The notes under the pieces were generated by a model. That model did not search any database. It was not told where the DNA came from and saw nothing but the letters and a program-made list of their open reading frames with translations. Below are positions 11,692-18,405 of a stretch of DNA of 64,000 nt, in pieces (the stretch's first letter is position 1; the number at the start of each line of letters is the position of its first letter). Position numbers and translations under genes: made by a program. Source of the DNA: an uncultured Desulfobacteraceae bacterium (GTDB taxonomy: Bacteria > Desulfobacterota > DSM-4660 > Desulfatiglandales > B25-G16); assembly GCA_964655655.1 (NCBI GenBank), contig CAZZPR010000005.1, positions 1,968 to 65,967 of the forward strand, given 5' to 3'.

Positions 11692-12425
11692 TAAGGGGTT
11701 GGAAAGCCATCTATTTCCGGGAAATGCTGATATTGAGGCGGCGCTTATCCAGGCTGGTCAGTGCCTGGTCGGTTTCGCCGCTGCTCTATCTCATCGCCTT
11801 TGGCTATGCCGTGGGAAAGGGCATTACCGTGCAAGGGCACTCTTACATCGAATTTCTAATTCCAGGCCTTGCGGCCATGGCCAGCATGACCCAGGCCTTT
11901 GCCATCAGCAGCGAGATCAACATAGCCCGGTTTTACTGGCACATTTTTGAAGAGTTTCAGGCGGCACCAATCAGCAATGCAGCCTATGTGCTGGGCGAGG
12001 TGATGGCCGGAATGACCCGGGGTTTGCTCGCCGGTGGCCTGATTCTCTTCCTGGGCATGCTTTTTGGCGTCGTTCTTTCGTATAACGGTTTCTTTTGGCT
12101 GGCCTTTTTACTCAACAGCTTTGTCTTTTCCTCCCTGGCAGTGGGAGTTGCGATGCTGGTCAAATCACACGCGGATCAGGCGATGATGAACAGTCTTATT
12201 ATCACGCCCATGGCATTTCTTGGGGGCACCCTCTTCCCCATCGAACGTGTTCTGGGGTGGGCCCAGCAATTGCTTTATTTATTGCCTTTGACCCACGCTT
12301 CTGATGCGATGAGAGTATCATCATTTGGGGGGACGCCGGGAATCCACGGGTATTTAATTCTTGCCGGTACCGGTGTTTCAACTTTTGTCTTTGCGATTAT
12401 GGCTGTCAATAAGGCAAGGGATTAG
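11688..12425 (+). CDS. ABC-2-type exporter permease
   Basis: 245 aa with about 6 hydrophobic segments. ATGA overlap with the preceding ATPase gene. Confidence 0.85.
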   Translation: MIRGWKAIYFREMLILRRRLSRLVSAWSVSPLLYLIAFGYAVGKGITVQGHSYIEFLIPGLAAMASMTQAFAISSEINIARFYWHIFEEFQAAPISNAAYVLGEVMAGMTRGLLAGGLILFLGMLFGVVLSYNGFFWLAFLLNSFVFSSLAVGVAMLVKSHADQAMMNSLIITPMAFLGGTLFPIERVLGWAQQLLYLLPLTHASDAMRVSSFGGTPGIHGYLILAGTGVSTFVFAIMAVNKARD

Positions 12426-12736
12426 CCATGATGAAAAGGGAGCTGTACGTGACAGTTTTTTGATCTACTATTGCGAATTTTTGATGAATTAGGTAAAAAA
12501 TTATCCTTATCAAAAATAATATCCAAATAATCATAAATCCGTACTTCTTTTTTCGTTTTTAACAGTCGGTGAAGTCTGCCTGTATATTGCTGAAGTCTAC
12601 CTTTACATGATACCGGCATGGCTAAAGAAATGGTGGCAAGGCGGGGCTCGTCAAAGCTTTCTCCGATAAAGAGTCTGTAGACTATTTTTTTTAGTAATGC
12701 AATAGCATTGTTTAATGGGGTATTGTAATTTTTTAA

Positions 12737-12780
12737 TCTCAGATTGTACAGCAGCCACCTACTGCACAATATAGGTTCAA
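12737..12780. repeat. Palindromic intergenic repeat, copy A (degenerate, loop CCAC)
   Basis: tctcAGATTGTACAGCAGccacCTACTGCACAATATAGG matches the consensus CCCAGATTGTGCAGCAG-N4-CTGCTGCACAATCTGGG seen at four other sites. Confidence 0.8.
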
Positions 12781-12801
12781 GGTTGGCGGGCAAAAAATTC
12801 C

Positions 12802-12830
12802 TTGACATAGGGATATGAAAACATTTAAAT
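12802..12830 (+). promoter_or_regulatory. Sigma-70-like promoter candidate (TTGACA-17 nt-TTAAAT) upstream of the Fur-family gene
   Basis: TTGACA at 12802-12807, a 17-nt spacer, then TTAAAT at 12825-12830. This would give a very short or absent leader for the ATG at 12841. Confidence 0.45.
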
Positions 12831-12840
12831 AATTTTGAGA

Positions 12841-13278
12841 ATGAGAAACATTCGCAAAAATAAAAATACAGCTAAAGGCAGAATGTTAACCTCCCAGCGG
12901 CAGCTTCTCCTTAAATTGATCAGGCAAGCCGGAAGTCATATCAGTGCAAAGGAGCTTTATAACCAGGCCGCTAAAAAGAACGAATCCATAAGCCTGGCTA
13001 CCGTTTACCGGAATCTTCGTTTGTTCAAACGAATCGGCCTTATCGATGAAAGGAGGTTAGGAAGTCTGCACACATGTTACGAGATAAAAGATTCGCACGA
13101 TCATCAGCACTTGATATGCAGGTCTTGCGGCAAGGTAATTGAATTCGAAAATCCTATTTTTAGCAGAATTGTTGACCAGGTTAGAGAGGATTACGGCTTT
13201 GATATTACAAAGGTTGATATGTATATGGAAGGATATTGCCAGGAATGCAACCCCTATAATGTAAATTCGGAAAGATAA
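12841..13278 (+). CDS. Fur-family metalloregulator (Fur/Zur/PerR-type; metal specificity not determinable)
   Basis: LTSQRQLLLKLIRQAGSHISAKELY matches the wHTH. DSHDHQHLICRSCGKVIEF and CQEC supply His-rich and CxxC...CxxC sites. Start at ATG 12841, or TTG 12835. Confidence 0.85.
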   Translation: MRNIRKNKNTAKGRMLTSQRQLLLKLIRQAGSHISAKELYNQAAKKNESISLATVYRNLRLFKRIGLIDERRLGSLHTCYEIKDSHDHQHLICRSCGKVIEFENPIFSRIVDQVREDYGFDITKVDMYMEGYCQECNPYNVNSER

Positions 13279-13343
13279 ACTTGAGGGAAGCGGCTGGGAT
13301 TTGGAAGACCCTGCATATCGAGCAGTAAAAATTTTATTTTTTA

Positions 13344-13387
13344 TTCAGATTTTGCAGTAGCCAACTGCTGCACAATCTGGGTTTAAG
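13344..13387. repeat. Palindromic intergenic repeat, copy B (loop CCAA)
   Basis: ttCAGATTTTGCAGTAGccaaCTGCTGCACAATCTGGGTTTAA. Confidence 0.85.
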
Positions 13388-13400
13388 AAAGGGGGGCTTT

Positions 13401-14051
13401 ATGGATGATATATCTTTTTCCGACATAATTATAATTTCATGTGGCATCCTGAGCCCGGAATTAAACTACTTGAGAGAAACCGAATTATTTGATGCACAAC
13501 ATGTTGTTTGCACCCCTCCAGGACTTCACGAAAGGCCAAAGGAGTTGGAAAGACAACTCACCCAGAAAGTAAACATTGCCAAAGAAAAATCGGATAAGGT
13601 CATAGTGGTCTACGGGGGAAAATTCTGTTATGTCAATGCTGACAAGCCAACACGTACCCTGGACTCCATGCTCGATGAATTAGGGACTAACGTCAAGAGG
13701 ATACAGGCAACGCATTGTCTGGATGCACTGGCAAGCGAAGAGGAGCGTGAAAGGATTGCCCGGGAAATGGCAGGCGGTGAAAAGATTTGGTGGATGTCTC
13801 CGGGCTGGGTTAAATTCCGGCATCAGGTTTTTAAAGACTGGGACAAAGAGCTCGCCGAGGAAAAATTCTCCAGTTACACCGGCGGTGCAGTTGTACTGGA
13901 TGCTATCGGGTTCATGGAAAAATACAAAAAGGATCATCCAGAAGAGCTAATGGAATATTCGGATTGGATGGGGATACCGATTAAAAACTATCCAATAACA
14001 CTGGATCGATTAAAATCTCTTCTTCGCGATCAAGCAATCGCTCTTCAGTAA
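13401..14051 (+). CDS. Small conserved hypothetical protein, possibly DUF1638 family
   Basis: 216 aa ORF with a good SD (AAAGGGGGG 5 nt upstream). The N-terminal IIIISCGILSPELNYL pattern recalls DUF1638. The family call is from memory only. Confidence 0.6.
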   Translation: MDDISFSDIIIISCGILSPELNYLRETELFDAQHVVCTPPGLHERPKELERQLTQKVNIAKEKSDKVIVVYGGKFCYVNADKPTRTLDSMLDELGTNVKRIQATHCLDALASEEERERIAREMAGGEKIWWMSPGWVKFRHQVFKDWDKELAEEKFSSYTGGAVVLDAIGFMEKYKKDHPEELMEYSDWMGIPIKNYPITLDRLKSLLRDQAIALQ

Positions 14052-14094
14052 TTCCCCTGGTTCCGGTAAGCACTTCGCTGATAACGTTTGGGGT

Positions 14095-15135
14095 TTATTC
14101 ATTTTCCAGCAAATTTCCTATAGCACTTTTGTAAGGGGGAATTATAACGCCTTTTTCAGTAATTATTGCGGATATGTAACGGGCGGGTGTTATATCGAAG
14201 GCCGGATTAAGGGCATCCGAGTCCTCGGGGCTGACCGGACGGCCGCAAATTGATGTTACCTCCGCAGGTTCCCTTTGTTCAACAGGTATTGAATCTCCGT
14301 TTTTTAGGCCGGGATCAAAGGTTGAAAGTGGTGCGGCAATATAAAATGGGATATTGTTCTCCTTGGCAAGTACACCCAATTGATAGGTGCCTATTTTGTT
14401 CGCGGTATCACCGTTAGATGCAATGCGATCCGCACCGGTTATCACCAGGTCCACCTTGCCCTTTCGCATTAGATAGCCTGCTGCGCCGTCCACAATCAGC
14501 TTATAGGGTATGCCCTCCTCTTTCAACTCAAAGGCGGTAAGTCTGGCACCCTGAAGCAGGGGCCTGGTCTCATCCACTATTACCCGTATGTCTTTTTCAG
14601 CCTCCCGGGCCGCCCTTACCACCCCCAGCGCGGTACCATGGCCCCCCGTGGCAAGCGCACCTGCATTGCAATGGGTAAGTATGGTTGACCCCTGGGGCAC
14701 CAGATCCAATCCGTTTATACCTATTTTACGGTTTATGTCTTTATCCTGCTCCAGTATCAGTATTGATTCCCTTTTTAAGGCCCTTTTTATGTCCTCTGTG
14801 CTGTTCTCTTTCATTTCGTCTAAAACATCAGTCATCCTCTTTACCGCCCACGCGAGATTAACCGCAGTAGGCCTGGCAGATTTCATCCGGTCCGCCATTA
14901 CCAGAAAATTCCTTTTGAAATCCTCATATTTCCCGGATGCAATGGATTCGGCGCCCAATGCCATTCCCATGGCTGCGGCAATACCTATAGCAGGAGCTCC
15001 TCTTATGGCCATTTTCCTGATTGCAGAGATTACGCCCTGAATAGACCGGCATACAATCCAATCCTTTTCCTGGGGGAGTTTTCGCTGGTCCAAGATATGA
15101 ATGTCAGACCCTTCCCATTTTATCGCAGGAATCAT
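14095..15135 (-). CDS. mtnA: S-methyl-5-thioribose-1-phosphate isomerase (eIF-2B alpha/beta/delta-like family)
   Basis: ILDQRKLPQE, AIRKMAIRGAPAIGIAAAMG, DETRPLLQGARLTAFEL, ITGADRIASNGDTANKIGTY. Confidence 0.9.
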   Translation of the reverse strand: MIPAIKWEGSDIHILDQRKLPQEKDWIVCRSIQGVISAIRKMAIRGAPAIGIAAAMGMALGAESIASGKYEDFKRNFLVMADRMKSARPTAVNLAWAVKRMTDVLDEMKENSTEDIKRALKRESILILEQDKDINRKIGINGLDLVPQGSTILTHCNAGALATGGHGTALGVVRAAREAEKDIRVIVDETRPLLQGARLTAFELKEEGIPYKLIVDGAAGYLMRKGKVDLVITGADRIASNGDTANKIGTYQLGVLAKENNIPFYIAAPLSTFDPGLKNGDSIPVEQREPAEVTSICGRPVSPEDSDALNPAFDITPARYISAIITEKGVIIPPYKSAIGNLLENE

Positions 15136-15172
15136 AGAAACATCCCCCTTCTTTTCTCCGCCTTAACTAATC

Positions 15173-15985
15173 TCACTGCAACTCCTCGATCATGGACATT
15201 ATTATACGGCTCCACACATCGGGGCCGTTCCCTTCGGCCTTTATAATGTCCCCCCGGGCCACGCCGTCTATATAGCCACCGTCAATGTTTCTCATTAAAA
15301 CAGCCCTGTCCGCTATCTCCAGCATTGGTATATCATTCGGACCGTCCCCGAGTGCAATGGAAAAACATGGCCCCTTTAAGTCCCGGAATATATTCAACAG
15401 TATCCTTACCGCCCTTCCCTTTCCTCCACCCGAAAATAGGTGTATAAAGCGTCCCCCTGAAAGACAATCCAGACCCAGATCCCGGGCCCTGCTGCAGAAA
15501 AATTTTCCATTATCCCGACTGTTCCTCAATAATACCGGTTCGTCAAACTCCCTTTTTGAGGCAAGCAGTGCATCCCCTAAGGGAAGACCTGTAACGGACG
15601 CGATCTCCGATGGTGACATATCTGAAAAGCCCTTGTAGTCAAAATCCTTTTTCAGGGGTCCGCACTTATCCAAAACTTCCTTAACCGGTCTGCCTACGTA
15701 TATGCCCCTGTAGGAACCGGCCCGTTCGAACCGGTATTTCGGGGATAATTCGAAATCCGCGGGAAAGAATATGCCCCCCCCGTTCTCTGACACAAAAGGA
15801 CTCTCCAGGGATAGTTTTTCCCTGAAGACCTGTATTTCGCTCCTGGTTTTGCTGGTTACCGGTATAAGCGGGATATTCAGCGAAGCAAGGAGCTCGATCC
15901 CGGGCAACGCCTTGCTGAAGTCAAAGGTTTGAGTATCAAGGAGGGTGCCGTCAAGGTCGGTAAATACCAGGATCTGCTTGTGCAT
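15173..15985 (-). CDS. HAD-IIB phosphatase of the mannosyl-/glucosyl-3-phosphoglycerate phosphatase (YedP/MpgP) family
   Basis: Internal ATG at 15985 preceded by AGGGGAGGGGG. ILVFTDLDGTLLD, VTSKTRSE and LGDGPNDIPMLE resemble E. coli YedP. Confidence 0.8.
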   Translation of the reverse strand: MHKQILVFTDLDGTLLDTQTFDFSKALPGIELLASLNIPLIPVTSKTRSEIQVFREKLSLESPFVSENGGGIFFPADFELSPKYRFERAGSYRGIYVGRPVKEVLDKCGPLKKDFDYKGFSDMSPSEIASVTGLPLGDALLASKREFDEPVLLRNSRDNGKFFCSRARDLGLDCLSGGRFIHLFSGGGKGRAVRILLNIFRDLKGPCFSIALGDGPNDIPMLEIADRAVLMRNIDGGYIDGVARGDIIKAEGNGPDVWSRIIMSMIEELQ

Positions 15986-15998
15986 ACCACCCCCTCCC

Positions 15999-17282
15999 CT
16001 ACCCACGGAAATACTCCTTGACCTGTTTGATGGCACAGTACTTTCCGCACATGGTGCATACGTCCTCCTCTGCAGGAGGGCTTTTCTTCCTGTATCTTCT
16101 GGCCTTATCCGGGTCTATTGCAAGTGCCATCTGCTCATCCCAGTTCAGATCCTTTCTTGCAAGGCCCATCTTTTTGTCCTTTTCCAAAGAAAGGGGGTTT
16201 CCCCTGGCTATGTCCGCGGCATGTGCAGCTATCTTAGAGGCGACAACCCCGTCTCTTACATCCTTTATACCGGGAAGGGACAGGTGTTCGCTGGGGGTTA
16301 CATAGCAGAGAAAGTCCGCACCCGCCCATCCGGCAACCGCACCTCCTATGGCGCAGGCTATATGGTCATAGCCTGCTGCTATGTCTGTGACCAGGGGACC
16401 GAGCACGTAGAAGGGGGCCTGGCTGCAAAGGGTTTTTTCAAGTTCTATGTTTGCCCTTATCTGGTCAAGGGGGATGTGGCCGGGGCCCTCTATCATTACC
16501 TGGACGTCCTGCTGGAAGGCCAGGTCCCTTAGGTGTCCCAGGATGGTAAGCTCGTGTATCTGGGCCCTGTCTGTTGCATCTGCCAGGCATCCGGGCCTGA
16601 GGCCGTCTCCCAGGCTGAGCACGGTGTCGTATTTTTCGGCTATTGAAAGGAGCCTGTCGTAGTACTGGTAAAGGGGGTTTTCCCTCTGGTGGTAGAGCAT
16701 CCAGGTGGTAAGGAATGCGCCTCCCCTGCTTACTATGTTGAGGTCCCTTCCCTGGCTTTTTAGAAGCTCCAGGCCGGCCATGGTAAGGCCGCAGTGTACG
16801 GTTATAAAGTCCACCCCGTCTGCAGCGTGTTTTTCTATTACCTCGAAGAGTTTGTCAGGGCTCATGTGTATGAGGCCTCCTGACTGGTCCACGGTCTCAA
16901 TTACTGCCTGGTATATGGGAACGGTTCCCAAGGGAACCGTGGATGAGCGGAGCATGGTCCTTCTTATGTGATCCAGGTCTCCACCTGTGGAAAGATCCAT
17001 CACCGTGTCTGCGCCTGCGTCGATGGATGTTTTTAGTTTTTCAAGCTCTTCTGCAAGGTTTACATGATCGGAAGAGGTTCCTATGTTGGAGTTTACCTTG
17101 ATCAGAAGTCCCTGGCCTATGCCGCATGGGTTGGCCTCTTTGTGAGCCGGGTTTGCCAGAATAACGGCGTTTCCCAGGGCCACACTTTTGGCAAGGGTGG
17201 AGGGCTCCAGTCCTTCTTTTTCCGCCACATAGGTTATCTCCGGGGTAAGGTTGCCTGATTTTGCCTTTTGTTGTTGGGTCAT
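15999..17282 (-). CDS. thiC: Phosphomethylpyrimidine synthase (short, anaerobe-type ThiC)
   Basis: VMDLSTGG, ITVHCG, EGPGHIP, and the C-terminal cluster motif CTMCGKYCA. The ATG at 17282 overlaps the thiD stop (TAATG). Confidence 0.92.
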   Translation of the reverse strand: MTQQQKAKSGNLTPEITYVAEKEGLEPSTLAKSVALGNAVILANPAHKEANPCGIGQGLLIKVNSNIGTSSDHVNLAEELEKLKTSIDAGADTVMDLSTGGDLDHIRRTMLRSSTVPLGTVPIYQAVIETVDQSGGLIHMSPDKLFEVIEKHAADGVDFITVHCGLTMAGLELLKSQGRDLNIVSRGGAFLTTWMLYHQRENPLYQYYDRLLSIAEKYDTVLSLGDGLRPGCLADATDRAQIHELTILGHLRDLAFQQDVQVMIEGPGHIPLDQIRANIELEKTLCSQAPFYVLGPLVTDIAAGYDHIACAIGGAVAGWAGADFLCYVTPSEHLSLPGIKDVRDGVVASKIAAHAADIARGNPLSLEKDKKMGLARKDLNWDEQMALAIDPDKARRYRKKSPPAEEDVCTMCGKYCAIKQVKEYFRG

Positions 17283-18079
17283 TAAATGTTTTCTCCTTTC
17301 ACGCCCCCTTGCGGCGGTTGCACACACCCGGGGCCTTTTCCCAGGCCCAAGCCTTTGCTTATTGCCTTTCTCGTATATTGACGGGCCATGTCCACGCCTT
17401 TTACAATATCATAGCCCATGGCCAGAAATACAGCCAGTGCAGCGGAAAATACGCATCCGCTTCCATGGGTATGTTCCGTGTCTATTTTCAGCCCTTTAAA
17501 ACTATAAATACGCCCTTTATGTAATAATATATCCGTGCATTCCCTTTCAAGGTGCCCTCCGGTTATCACTACGTTTTCCGGGCCCAAGTCCTTGATTGCC
17601 TTTGCCGCCTCCTCCATGTCATCCAGATTTTTTATAGACTGCCCGGAAAGGGTACCCGCCTCCTCCAGGTTTGGGGTTACGACCGTTGCAAGGGGCAAAA
17701 GCCTTTCTTTCATTGTACCTAAGGCATCCTGTTCCAGCAAGGGCCTGCCGGTAGAGGAAAAAAAGACCGGGTCCACTACAAGGAAGGGAATTTCGCATTT
17801 CTCAACCGCATCTGCCACGGCCGACAGGATCTCGGTGTTGTAAAGCATACCGGTCTTTGCCGCCTGGGGAAACATATCCCCTGCCACAGTTAAAATCTGA
17901 GCTTTCACGAAACCAGGGGGCACATCGTGTATGGCACTTATCTCCAGGGAATTCTGTGCGGTCAAAGAGGTTATAGCAGTAAGTGGATGGGCCTTCAGCG
18001 CAAAAATAGTCTTCAAATCCGCCTGTACACCGGCTCCGCCGCCGCTGTCCGAACCAGCTATTGTCAATACCCTAACCAT
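17282..18079 (-). CDS. thiD: Hydroxymethylpyrimidine/phosphomethylpyrimidine kinase
   Basis: VLTIAGSDSGGGAGVQADLKT and TPNLEEA, followed by GGHL...HGSGCVFSAALA. Confidence 0.9.
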   Translation of the reverse strand: MVRVLTIAGSDSGGGAGVQADLKTIFALKAHPLTAITSLTAQNSLEISAIHDVPPGFVKAQILTVAGDMFPQAAKTGMLYNTEILSAVADAVEKCEIPFLVVDPVFFSSTGRPLLEQDALGTMKERLLPLATVVTPNLEEAGTLSGQSIKNLDDMEEAAKAIKDLGPENVVITGGHLERECTDILLHKGRIYSFKGLKIDTEHTHGSGCVFSAALAVFLAMGYDIVKGVDMARQYTRKAISKGLGLGKGPGCVQPPQGGVKGENI

Positions 18080-18228
18080 ATTCTGCCAAGCCCTACTGAT
18101 GCTAATATGTTGTCCGTCCCTGAAACAACATACAAAATATATAATAACTTCGATTTAGAAATGCTATCTCTATAATAGAAAATATTTAACAGCCTTAACA
18201 GCCCTTTTGTGTTTGGTTTTTACATTTA

Positions 18229-18269
18229 GCCCAGATTGTGCGGCAGTTGGCTGCTGCACAATCTGGGTT
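18229..18269. repeat. Palindromic intergenic repeat, copy C (loop TTGG, inverted relative to A/B)
   Basis: gCCCAGATTGTGCGGCAGttggCTGCTGCACAATCTGGGtta forms a 17-bp stem with one G-T position. Confidence 0.9.
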
Positions 18270-18320
18270 AAAAAAAGAGATACCCGTGATCTCCCTTTTT
18301 GGAAGCCGGGGAAGGGTTGG
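18270..18320. repeat. Second repeat module (terminator-like hairpin plus flank), copy 1
   Basis: AAAAAAAGAGATACCCGTGATCTCCCTTTTTGGAAGCCGGGGAAGGGTTGG. Its reverse complement matches 62558..62607 with only a few differences. Confidence 0.8.
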
Positions 18321-18405
18321 TATTTTAATCCATGAACATGCAAAAGATATTTTGAATTATGATCGTAAGATGTTATAAGGACGTGAATGACTTAAGGCAT
18401 AAAAA

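Noticed and set aside
12422-12808. 128-aa minus-strand ORF filling the spacer between the ABC-2 permease and the Fur-family gene.
   Set aside because: It is AT-rich and runs through palindrome copy A and the candidate promoter. It has no SD or family resemblance, so I treat the region as non-coding regulatory DNA.
18080-18230. Expected TPP (THI-box) riboswitch upstream of thiD-thiC.
   Set aside because: Reading the minus strand, I found neither the CTGAGA core nor the pyrophosphate-sensing helix consensus. A covariance-model search is needed before calling it absent.
18301-18320. GGAAGCCGGGGAAGGGTTGG looked briefly like part of a cobalamin riboswitch B12-box.
   Set aside because: It does not match the B12-box consensus. 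The same sequence recurs inverted at 62558-62575 as part of repeat module 2.
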